Part shown: positions 29,189 to 40,790 of the stretch, in pieces
How positions within the stretch are numbered: position 1 is the stretch's first letter
Layout of the letters: every line of letters starts with the position of its first letter
Origin: Lytechinus pictus
Taxonomy: Eukaryota
DNA length: 64,000 nt
NCBI RefSeq assembly: GCF_037042905.1
Contig: NC_087252.1
Location: forward strand, 24,988,001-25,052,000
Reading direction: 5' to 3'
The notes under the pieces: generated by a model
What the model saw: the letters and a program-made list of their open reading frames with translations, nothing else
Database searches by the model: none
What the model was told of the DNA's origin: nothing
Translations under genes and position numbers: made by a program

Positions 29189-30903
29189 CTCGAATTATAC
29201 CAAAGAACTAGCTGGTTGAAAAAAAATATATCCAATCTAAACCGTACTCCAATTTATAACATATACGTTGATCAGGATATATATTATTTCCCTGAAGAAG
29301 GCTTGTTGGTCGGTTTTGCGATATTGTATATTCCTCGAATGCAGCTAGGTTGCGTGACTGACGAGGAGTTCATGCAATCTTTGATATTTCCTTATTGTGG
29401 TTGATCCGTTTCCAATGTTTCAGCACGGATTTTGGTCTTCCCTTTTCCTGGTCTGATTCCAAACTGCGTTTATCAACACCTTCGCGTGCTTTGGATATAC
29501 TGCGTCCAATGTATCTGTGCGGTGGCGCCGCTGGTAATATAATGCAGCAGATTGAAAAAGGAAAGAGATACAAAATTGGTTTACAGGGCGCAAGTTACCC
29601 CGCCCTTTGTTCGTAGGCACAGCAAAGCAGTGGTATATGGAGGGACTCGGGTTATAATCTTCCCAGCTTGTGATCAAAGTACACAATAAATAATTGGCGT
29701 CTACATTGAGGTCCAAAAATATGTGGACTTTGCTCGGCGTGTATATTCCGAACGAGCGGTTCACTCTTGCATGACGAGAATTGGATCGCTCTATCCCGAC
29801 ATGATCCCCCAACGCCCAAACGCGACCATTGACTGAGTCACGCTCGGCGTATTCGAGGAACAATATCCGTCCTCCCCCCCCCCCCCCCATTCAGGGGCAT
29901 GTTTAGTTTAGATGTTTTCCCATGGGAGGGGGTGAACATAAGAGGGGTCCTCTTGAAGTGTGAAGTGGTTATTTCGTCCTTTTATTCACCGGGACACGGT
30001 TTTCTTTTGTTATTTGTAATTGGGTAGGAACGATTAATCTCTCGCGATGTGTTTTCTTGAGCATTCGGCTCCCCCGGCTCGGCTTTTGGGGAAAACAACT
30101 GACATTAATCAAAACAGTAAATTAAACAATGTAATCTTTTTTCTCGAAATCAGATGAGAATTGGTGACTAACTGCTTCTTCTTCGGCACTTCTTCGACTT
30201 CTTCTTATCCTGGTTCTTCTTCACAAGGAGTGTGTTTTTTCTTTGCATTTAACATCTCCAGGAAGTTGCCTATAATGAGCCAATGATTTTGACGGGTCAT
30301 AACAATGAGTGAGCAAAATCTTACTTTTCAAAATGAGATCTAATATTGTGGTATTTGATATAACGTCAAGAATACATAACAAGTGGCTTAAAGGGATGGT
30401 CCGGGCTGAAAATATTTATATCTTAATACATAGAGTAGAATTCACTCAGCAAAATGCCGAAAATTTCATCAAAATCGGATAACAAATAATAAAGTTATTT
30501 AAGTATAAAGTTTAGCAATATTTTGTGAAAACAGTCGTCATAAATATTCATTAGATGGGCTGATGATGTCACATCTCCACTTTCCGTTTTCTTATGTTAT
30601 TACATAAAATAACTTTTTTTTCATTATTTCATACTTGTGTATAACATAAAATAATTTGATCGGTCCTGCGTGGCTGTTATAAATCTTTGATGAAGTCGAG
30701 AAACGGTGCCATAAAATGGGGCCCGAGGGCGCTTCTGTTCACTGATGTGATCTCCCTCAAAACAATAAAAAATTTATAAACAAATAACATAATCTCTATG
30801 AAATGGTTCCCTCATCCGTGCCCATTAAAACTATTTGGCATGGCATCTAGCTGACTACTAATCCTCTTGATTTTGTATTTTTAGTTCCCCTTATAAAAAG
30901 ATA

Positions 30904-31160
30904 CCGGTGTGTTGGCTCAGTTGGTAGAGCGTCCGTCTCACAACCGGGAGGTCGGGGGGTTCAAACCTCGGCCGCGTCAGACCAAAAGACGTATAAAAGA
31001 TGGGAGTTGCTGCTATACCCTGTTTGGCGTTCAATGATTAAAGGGATAGACCTGGCGCTGCACAGCGACTGCCGGTCCCACGATCAATTGGGCAAAGCAA
31101 ATTTTCGGAGTATTTAATTTCTGATGTCTATATTGAACAATAAATTATGGATTTTAATTT
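30904..31160 (+). mobile_element. tRNA-derived SINE (family A)
   Basis: TGGCTCAGTTGGTAGAGCG...GGTTCAAACCT; body closely similar to 7848-8108. Confidence 0.8.
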
Positions 31161-31994
31161 TCAGATAGATCCGTATACAAAATCGGACAAAAATAAAGAA
31201 TGAAGAAAGTTTCGAATTCAATACTTTTAAAATTGCAAAGATAATATGGCATATGTGATCATGATCATAACTGATATAGACCAATTTCCTTTGTCGCGTT
31301 CTCTTCGTTACAATTTGAATGGTTTATCAGTGACGGAAACATATATTTAAACATTTTAAACTTTTATCAATGATTATTATGCCTCTCATCATTGGTTTTA
31401 CAATTCACGATTTTCGGTACCAGGGCTTAATATACTTATTGCTTTTTATTCTTTTTTTTAAATAATCATATCATTTTGAACTCGTGTGTGTATTTGAGTT
31501 TTGTCAGACGTGTATCAATCAGATATGATTATTTACGTCTGGGACCGACCTTTAACGTCACCATCCGAAAGACGTGAACAGGGCTCGAACCTCGAACCTC
31601 TGCATCAATTTGTAACTTCCCCACAGTTTGGATTACAGGCGCACGCCACAACGCCCAGTTCTCAATCTCTCAATCTCTTGTGCTTATTAATCAATAATGA
31701 TCACAGATTGTTAACCAATTATAAATCATATCTTAGCCATATAGATAAGTCAATAAATCACTTTTTTATTTTGTTACTCTTTCGCTGTTGGGCTACAAAA
31801 ACAATATCAGGCAAGACAATAATGCTCATCAAAATAGTTTTTTAATGTGATTTGAATCCTAAAAAGAAACAATCGAACAGACATCGTTCATTCGAAAGGC
31901 GTTGATCGTCGCGCCAACGATTGTGGGCAGACTGTGAAAACGTTCCGAATCGGAGAGTCAACGATTTACGAGTGCAGACAGTTACGAGGGAAAG

Positions 31995-32140
31995 TCCCTC
32001 TGACGTGATCACCCAGCAGCGGTTGTGATTGGTGGAAAATGATGTCATCCACTCGATTCATCAATTAATGCTCTATTTTTAGCGCACGTTTTCTGTGCGA
32101 TTACAAACGTATTGCATCAGCTGATGTATATAAACAACGA
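31995..32140 (+). promoter_or_regulatory. Putative core promoter of the AAC4-like gene
   Basis: CpG-richer segment with CRE-like TGACGTGA (32001), inverted CCAAT (ATTGG about 32028) and TATATAAA (32127-32134). Confidence 0.5.
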
Positions 32141-32255
32141 TTTCGCATTGCAACACCACTTCAACAAAATGTAGGCTGCTAGAGAAAACCACGATAGATT
32201 TGTGCTTAGAAATGGAACCTAGGTGAAATCCAGACGGAACAGAAAAGGCGAGAAA

Positions 32256-32423
32256 ATGACGAACTCAATACAACATGCAAATATGAACCACAACATCTCC
32301 ATGATGCGACGGCAGAAAAAACGGAGTATACGGAGTAATTTTAACGGGTTCCACCCTCGGCGTCCCCCGAAGTGCGGGCAGGACGGGTGTTGTGTTCTTC
32401 GCTGCTGGCCAAGCGAGGGTTAG
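32256..32423 (+). CDS. 55-aa upstream/overlapping ORF1 of the AAC4-like transcript
   Basis: AAA-ATG at 32256, MTNSIQ...PRRPPKCGQDGCCVLRCWPSEG*. It overlaps the open +1 frame of the AAC4-like ORF over 32305-32420. Translation is not demonstrated. Confidence 0.4.
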   Translation: MTNSIQHANMNHNISMMRRQKKRSIRSNFNGFHPRRPPKCGQDGCCVLRCWPSEG

Positions 32424-32643
32424 GCATCGAAACAAGCACAACAGATCCCGATTCCAAGCCCAAAATACACAACAAGGAGCACAGACTATAAACACACATC
32501 ATACGCATTGCAACATCTACATCGGAGAGAATTTCGCTACCAAGTTGCAGGCGGCTTTTCAGTTTGAGAAATCCCTCCGGCAGATTGATCCTGAAGACGG
32601 ATTTGTGCAGTGCAAGTTTGATCCTTTCAAACGGTACCAGGAG

Positions 32644-34503
32644 ATGAATTTGTCCGGCATGGCAGCGAGGATGAAGGAGTGCCCCAATGCTGGTGGTGAT
32701 TCAGTTGAGTCAGAGGTATTGAGGTAAGAAACAAGTTTTTCTTTAAAATCTATAATATGTATATACATTATAATCTTGTAGCTCAGTAGCTGAGTTTTTG
32801 TGGAAAGCATTTAAGTATCACTATCGGTATCTAGAATGGCATTTCAACAACTATAATTATATGCAAATGATTTGATTTGAATTGCGTGTGTATGTATGAT
32901 TTCGAAGTGAAAAGAGTTGTGTATGAAGAGTGGGTCTGCAAAATTATATATATATCTCTGTTTAATTTTCTAACATGCATGTACACGCATAATTATGTTT
33001 ATATAGATCCCGATATAGATCTAGGCCGATGTTTATTTACACCTACACTTACATGCACTCATTCTAATTCTCATCAAACTCCTTCAATAACAATGAAACA
33101 TAAATATTCCATTTAACTCTTTAGTAGTAGAATTGCCAGAGAAATTATTCAATAAGTCAAAACTCCTAGGTACGGATCCAGCCGGATTAGATATGTAATT
33201 ACTTTCGAGAGAAAGACTATTGTGCAAAAACAGTATGGGCCCTAAAATGTTATTGGCCCGTATTCTAGCTAAAGTCAGGTTTAACTTAGACCATGGTCTA
33301 ACTCTGTGCCAAAATTATGGGGAGCAAAAATTTCAAAATTATTTTTATATTGTATGTTTCTTATATATGTTTACTATTTTGTTTCCTTTTGATTTCACAT
33401 TGAAGATAAATACCTCAATATACCTCAGTTATCATTCCCAGATAATTCGAATGTCATTTTTGGATGTGTACTCTTGAGGGTTTTGTGCCCCATTTGGCAC
33501 TTCATAATTAAACCACAACTTTAAACCAGGGATTAACTTAAACCCGACTTCAGAATACGGGCCATTGTGTCTAATCAGGCTAGACCCGTGTATGTACCCC
33601 AAGTCCCCATGTTTCAAATAAGTCTGTTACCCCGATCCCATGATTGTGCCTCCACAGTTTGGAGTTGCTCCATCGGTGCTTCGGGGCCAAGCTGTTGAAG
33701 ACCGAGATGGAGGTGCAGTACTTCCCGTACGGGGGATCCATCGTCGACTACACCTGCGAGATGTTTGGGGTCAGTTTGGGCGTGTCCGTTACCAGGGCGA
33801 TGAAGTACAAGGGAGAGTTTGAGAAGGAGGACGCAGAGAAGTTGTTGGGCAAGAAGTTGAGGGGTGAGTGGGTTTAATTGTCTGACACAAGCAGGGGCAG
33901 ATCTAACCCAGGGAGCTCCGGCCCGCTCCCTGGGTTAATTAGGGCGGATCAAGGATTTCCCAAATAGAGTAGAAAAAACTTAAGTCTTCATGAAAGCTTT
34001 GGTAAAGTTATGTAGATTTCCTAGTAATCTCTGACTAGAGCACTTTATTGTTTATGACTTGGTTCATTTTTTTAAAATTTCTAATTCTCATAAAAACAAA
34101 TACATTGAAATGTAAAAGGAAGACATGTATAGATATGGTTGAGATGAGAGTTCATGAGACATGATTTTTTTGTGAAATGCTCTTACATTCTGTGCAAGTG
34201 TTTCTGAACATAGTTGCACATTGCATGCAGATTTCTTTTGTACAAATAGTAGTATTATGAGGACGTTGTCTCTATTACTACTTCTACTTTATTTTCTCGT
34301 TCTTAGGTATCATGAACGCTACCCAGAATGCATTGGATAAATGGTCCAAGCAGATCCTCCACATCTGGGCGACCTCCACCAAGGTCGCTGACGTCTTGAC
34401 CTCCGTATACCATGACCTTTCACCTCAGTTGAGGACCAATACCGTTGTATTGGTTACCATAGTAACCACTCCCCAGCATTCCTTGTTCAAGAACTCAAGA
34501 TGA
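32644..34503 (+). CDS. AAC4-like protein (Dictyostelium 'AAC-rich mRNA clone AAC4' family); true start uncertain, frame open from 32305
   Basis: Exons (32305/32644)-32723, 33658-33863, 34307-34503 with GT-AG and matching phases. Motifs PNAGG.S..SE.LS, FGA.LLKTEMEV.Y, DY.C, GVSVTRAM, KKL.G, W.KQILH.W, NTVVLVT, recognised from memory as AAC4-like. Length is 160 aa from the first AUG. Confidence 0.85.
33256..33564. mobile_element. MITE in intron 1 of the AAC4-like gene
   Basis: GGCCCGTATTCT...AGAATACGGGCC inverted termini; a related end lies near 16410-16433. Confidence 0.7.
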
Positions 34504-34729
34504 CCCATGCTGTCAATATAATTTTATATATTTTTGTATGGAAATCTTGTATTTGTATTCATGAAATACAGTCTGTCTTTCATTTCGAAAGTATAATTGA
34601 ATTTATGTTCAAACCCCATCGCAATATTGAATACTTTTATGTTTTATATATACTTTTTATCTGAATTTCTAAAGAAATACTTTTATTATGCAACCTCTAT
34701 TGAAAGCTGAATTTTTTATAATGGACAAA

Positions 34730-35062
34730 CAGTGGCGTACCTAAGATTTTCCACAGGGGGGGCAAATTTGTCCACCAAAAAATTTGACGAGCAAAAACAA
34801 ACAAAAAAGGTCTTCAACCACAAATAAAGGATTTCGAACCAGATAAAAATTTGACAAGCAAAAAAAAAAAAGAAAAAAAAAAGGTCTTCAACCACAAATA
34901 AAGGATTTCGTACCAGAAAAAAATTTGACAAGCAAAAAAAAAAAAGGTCTTCAAGACTCGTCAGGGGGGGGGGGGCAGGGGTATGTCCCTCGCATGGGTT
35001 GTGACTCGTCAGGGGGGACAGTCTGCGCCCCCCCTCCCCCCCCCCCCGAAGGTACGCTAGTG
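34730..35062. mobile_element. hAT-like MITE (CAGTGGCGTAC family), 8-bp TSD
   Basis: CAGTGGCGTACCT...AGGTACGCTAGTG; flanks TGGACAAA / TGGACAAC; internal tandem repeats and poly-G/C tracts. Confidence 0.75.
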
Positions 35063-36877
35063 TGGACAACTCACCATGCTTTTATTTTTCTACAATTTTA
35101 TGCAGTATTTTCTATCACCAAATATGTTTCAACTCAAGTGTGCAGATGCATGTATGCTGATGTCTGTACTAAATGCAAGCAATGCTCTACAAGTAAAAAC
35201 TATGCAGTTAACCTAGTTAGCTAAATTCAAAATAGTTTAGTTCTCAATAATCTACCTAAATTTTCCAACTCACTTGTGAAGTTAACTGAAAGCTAATGAA
35301 GTCAGCTTAGAAATAAATTCATCAAGAACTTGTACTTACATATGTCGAGAAAGAGAGGGAGAGAGAGAGGGGGAGAGAGGGAGATAGAGATATTGAGTAG
35401 AGAGAAAATGTAGTTTGGGAGGTGCTAGTAATTAAGTAATAGAAAAACCTCATGTGTCGCAAGCAATATATTTATTGTAATTTATCTGCCAGAGTGCATT
35501 AACTGTTTGTATTTAGTTTCATAACTTTGTATTTTTATGCTAGATAACTTTTCTTCACTTCATAAAAAATATATCAAAGAACCAAATGTGAGGAATAGAT
35601 CAATGAAATTCATATTTTTATAGTTTTTGTAAATAAAAATTGCTTCACAAGCACTATCTAATGTTATAAAAAAAAGTAAAATATATTCATGTGTTCCAAG
35701 AGCGGATAAGAAAAAAAATACACAGGGTTATTATCTAATCAACAGATATTTCATGAAATTCATAAATGTTTCCTGATTTTTTCTGAAAAAAAATTAAACA
35801 TAAGATTTTGTTTTATTACTTTTTGAAGAAATCATGATTCCAATTTTGTAAAATTATACCATCGTCAGTAATAGTTGTTTTGGTTCAACCTGAGCATATA
35901 AAAAGTCAGCAAGTTTATATCGACATTTGGTTTGCCAATATATTATATATGAGGATGTCCATGAACTATGGAAAAAATTTTCTTCAAGCTACACCACTTT
36001 ATAACGAGCTTTATTTGTAAATTCCATTAATTACTTTGGGAAGGCTGAATATTAAAAGGTAAACAACAATTAATACTGTATGTAATTTCCATTCTGTCTC
36101 TTTCTTATTCTTTTTTCTTGAGAGAGAAAAAATCTTTTTGTGGCTTGATATTCTTTGAATGTATTCTATCTATTTTATGGTAATCACCAGATTGGGAGGG
36201 GGGTGAGGGCCATGGCCTGCATGCTTCTTGACCGAGGTACACATAACAATGCGAAAAAAAAAGAAAGAAAAGGGAAGGAAAAGGAGTGGGATATTATATC
36301 TTTCTTTTGGTGTTATGTCAAAATTTATCCCAAATTTTGATTTTTGTATTAAATAGATCAAAAATTTTGCCTCATATACACCATGGCTGGCCCCTCAAAA
36401 TTGTTGGCCCATTACGCTTAAGTCTGGGTACCACCACATATGGTAACCCTGGAAAGGAAAATTGTTCTTTCTTCAAAGAAAAAAAAATGAAAAAAAAACA
36501 AAACATGGCGTGTTCTAAATGAACCAAAATATCTATTGCAATATTTCATATGGGATTCGTAATTCTGAAAAGGTTTTTCTTTTCAAACAGAAGAGTGTCA
36601 ATCTTTTGGCAAGTGTATTTTTGCCAAAATGTGAAGACACAGAAACTACTTTTCAGAACTACGAATCCCATGAAAGATAGATTTTTAGTTCTTTTAGGGC
36701 TGCGGGAAAATCAATAAGCATTTTTTTCCTGGGCCACATTTTGAACTCACCAGCTTAAATTGGTTAAATTTTATTAGAATTGGCATTTGACCCAATGGAA
36801 ATTTCAGAGGCTCTTTAAAGTTTTCCAGGGTTTTTAAAGGGAATTTCACTGTGTTTATATAATTTTTTTTTAATTAA

Positions 36878-37456
36878 AGGAGAATGAAACATTTAGAACA
36901 AGATAGCTTGTGTGAAAACAGAAAAATCAAAGAAACAGATCAACAAAAATTTGAGAAAAATCAGACAAATAATAAAAAAGTTATGAGCATTTGAATATTG
37001 CGATCACTAATGCTATGGAGATCCTCAAATTGGCAATGCGACAAAGATGTGTGATGTCACTTGTGAACAACTCTCCCCATTACTTTAGTATATATTTCAC
37101 TTAAACTGCCTCTTTTATCACATCTCTCGGTAGATCATGTGTTCTTTCTACAGGAGGGCATGTAATACAGATTTTTAAAGAATACATCATGGATAAAGAG
37201 TTTGTATCACCATAAGAAAAAGAAATATACACTTTGAGGGTATTTCATAGTCCATCAAAGGGAAAGTTGTTCACATGTGACATCACACATTCTTTTCGCA
37301 TTGCCAATAGGATCTCCATAGCATTAGTGATTGCAATATTCAAATGCTCATAACTTTCTCATTATTTGTCCAATTTTTCTCAAAATTTCTTTGCTCTTAT
37401 TCTTTGATTTTTCTGTTTCGACACAAGCCAACTTGTTCCAAAGGTTTCATTCCCCT
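36878..37456. mobile_element. Kolobok-like fold-back MITE
   Basis: TTAA|AGGAGAATGAAAC...GTTTCATTCCCCT with imperfect inverted arms of about 200 bp. Confidence 0.75.
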
Positions 37457-39823
37457 ATTACCTGAAAAGATAGAACATCCACATTCCTTTCAAATATGTG
37501 ATACTGTCAAACTTCTGTTGGGACTATTCTAAGTATTCTTGTGATCCTCGTAAATTAATGGTAATTCAATGGGGCATTCTCTATTTTGTGGGTCTTTTTT
37601 CCTCCTGGTTTTGTTGATACATTGCATCATTTGCATATAAATCATACTTGCAGTGAAGGGAAAGGGGGAAGGGACAAGTTTTTAAAAACTTGCATCACTA
37701 TACCCAATTGAAATAAAAAGTTTTTATCACTTTACCTTATTACTATACAGACGTCAAATTGACCACCTTAATAGGGATCCCTCTGCATTACATCATGTAC
37801 CATATTTTAAATCTCTATAGGTAAATACATGTAGTGATACTGATAACATCTTTCTACAAGCCTTCCATGTGCTCCAGTACAATAATTATGAAGAAAAAAA
37901 AAATCTCCAACAGGTTTCCCCAGGGTACCCTTCAGATAAGTTCGGAGGATTCACACAAGCAAAATACAGTATGTTATACATGTATTTTGATCAGCATTGT
38001 AAGTGAAAACATACATCGACCTAGTGATCTCATTTGTCAAAATCCACAACTTTCTAGTTTTTTGTCTGATTTCTTCCAATTTTCCACCATTCTCTTGTTC
38101 TTTTGCTCCTCAGGGTAGAATCCCCATTGCACTCACACGTATGTCTGTATATCATACACAGTACGGCCACTCAATGAACTAAACACTGTATCTACTAATG
38201 AAACAAGCAAAATCACAGATTAAAATTAATGTTAACATATAAAATATTTAATTATTAATTACTTGAACTTGATAGTTATGGGGCAGATTATAGCCATGAA
38301 TCTTGCACCTGATTGAGTTATTTGTTTGTATCCATCTTGCTAAGTCTGTGAAATACTATAAAATATATGAACAAAATACTGTGTGAGCAGTAGCACCCCT
38401 TCATAGGGTATAAATGTATGGCAGCAAACACTAAAAAAATTTTTTTTTTTAAATGAATTCACATTTTCATTGCTTCGGTGGCGTATCTAAGGAAAGCAAG
38501 GGTAGGGGCATATGCTGAAATCATGCCTCTTCCAATTAATTGTCAATTATACTTGTAGTTTTCATCTGTTACCTTTTTTTTTACACCCATCACACAAAAA
38601 GTGGTATGTGGGGCCAGGAGCCCATGCCCCCTTCCTTGCACTCAGTAAGTGACCAACTGCACTGCTCATAAATTCTAGGATAAATTGCACTTATAATGTA
38701 GATATTCAAAGCAAGTAAGAGAAATCAAATACATAAATTGTAGAACGAAATTTAAAAGAATAAAAAAAGTTAAAAGAGACAGAATTAAAAATACTCTCAA
38801 TTTAAAAACAAAAGTGATAGGTTGCAGACTTATTAAAGGCAAAAAATGCCAACAAGAATTTAAAAATCAATCTAAACATTCCTTTTTTCCAAATGCTGAA
38901 TTTGATAACTGCTAGTAACAAAGTCAATAGTAATAATAGGTCATGCATATAGAGGTGATTCACTAGCCACTAAAATCAATTACAAATTACGAATTACAAC
39001 CAATTGATGTATCTTAAATTCTCAAAATCATTTTTAGTGTTGGTGAAACATCCCTGCAGGGTATAATCAGACAGATATCAGCAATATACCTGAACCCACA
39101 AATCATTAAAATGACGAAATTATTCATAGCAAACTCACAGACATAGGGAAAGCCTTTATGTCAGAAGTAAAAACAAAATGACAAGCACAAATGGAAAAAA
39201 TGTTTTGGAATACAGGCAGGACAATATAAGCATACAATACAAATTTCACTAATTCGACATAGGGGGGGGGGGGGGGAACAAGCTTGACTAGCACATGTTT
39301 GACCTTGACCATTGAGATAATAAATTATTAGGTTTATATATATCCTCGATGCAAATGTCATAGACTCAAAAGCAAGGTATTGTATTTGTTAGTTCCCCCC
39401 ATCCACCCCCCCAAAAAAAATCTGAGTTCTTGAAACATTTTTTTTTTTTTTTTTTTTTTTTTTGGGGGGGGAGTATTGTAATATATCAGTAAATTATAGT
39501 AAACCAAGCAACCAAGTAAACAGTTTGAATCAATGTAGAAGATGAAGGGGGAGGGTGCTCTTTTAAGTATTATTTTAATTCATACACCATTAATGAATAG
39601 TAGTAGGGGGAAAAAATTACACTGGAAAAAAAAAAGCCCTGGAAAATAAGAGCCCCCAAATTCCCAATGCACTGCACTGTTAAAGCTTATTTATGGTGCA
39701 CATTGAGGCGATCAATTGTGAAAAGTAGTCCCCGAAAATAAATCAATATTTGCCTGAATATAAGAATCACCAGCTTGGAGATTGCAACTCTTCCATCATT
39801 CAAATTTTCAAAACAAAGACCAG

Positions 39824-39977
39824 GGGCCCGTTTCATAAAGAGTTACAACTGTTGCAACTTTGCCATAATGGCAACTACCATGGCAACAGGGCTCAGCAGC
39901 CAATCAAAATCAAGCTTACCATGGTAGTTGCCATAATGGCAAATTATAACAGTTGCAACTCTTTATGAAACGGGCCC
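39824..39977. mobile_element. PIF/Harbinger-like MITE, CAG TSD
   Basis: Near-palindromic GGGCCCGTTTCATAAAGAGTT...AACTCTTTATGAAACGGGCCC flanked by CAG. Related degenerate copies lie near 7150, 21178 and 21662. Confidence 0.85.
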
Positions 39978-39980
39978 CAG

Positions 39981-40225
39981 TAGGGACAGTGATATTCCTA
40001 TGCTTGTAAATCAAAAAGAAAAATATGTTTTGGCTCTATAAATGTACATTCATGTGAAAATTCATTGAATTTACCATTGCAAAATGCAATAAATCGTTTT
40101 GCTCTTTACAATTTCAATGACAATAAAGATTACAGGATTTCCATTTTAGATCAAGTTTGAAACAGAATTACAAGTTTTTAGAAACGGATAAGAACATTGT
40201 TTGAAACGGAAAATCACTGTCCCTA
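39981..40225. mobile_element. Short member of the TAGGGACAGTG family
   Basis: Same TIRs; TSD GACCAG (39818-39823 after removing the adjacent MITE, and 40226-40231). Confidence 0.8.
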
Positions 40226-40547
40226 GACCAGTCAATGAACCAATCAATTTCAGCAGATACTTAAGTAGACATGGATTATTTCAAATACATGTATTTTGGC
40301 CTACAATGTATGTAATCACCATCACATGTAATCCAGTTTAAAAAAATACTGTTTCAGTATGCTTTCAGCCAATCAGAAATGCCATGATTTCAGTGTTTTC
40401 TGACAGAAAGTAATAAAACTCGTCATTGATTACAAAAGTGATACCAAACTGAACTTTTAAAGTCAAAGACGGATTGCAATACATGGACAGTTTCCACAGT
40501 TAATGTTCTGTTCCATGATAACCAAGGATTTCACATTGATTTATAGT

Positions 40548-40790
40548 CGCGCGGCTGGCAGAAGGGCACATTTCTCGCCAAGCAGATGGGAGCACGCACT
40601 AAATCCCATCTAACCTATGAAATATCAACTTCTTTCAGACCAAATTTACAATGCATGTTCCATTTCATCCCTTTATTCATTCATTAAAGTTTGGTCTGAA
40701 AGAAGTTTGATATTTTATAGGTTAGATGGGATTTAGTGTGTGCGCCCTTCTGCTTGGCGAGAAATTTGCGCCCTTCTGCCAGCCGTGCAA
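40548..40790. mobile_element. Palindromic MITE (GGCTGGCAGAAGGGC termini; relative at about 43176-43441)
   Basis: Inverted arms of about 100 bp are seen directly. Confidence 0.7.

Noticed and set aside
32212..32304. In-frame ATG followed by four TGA-only stops before the AAC4-like open frame (selenocysteine or readthrough?)
   Set aside because: Each TGA is the by-product of an ATG-A or GTG-A in the neighbouring ORF1 frame. There is no redox motif context and I could not identify a SECIS.
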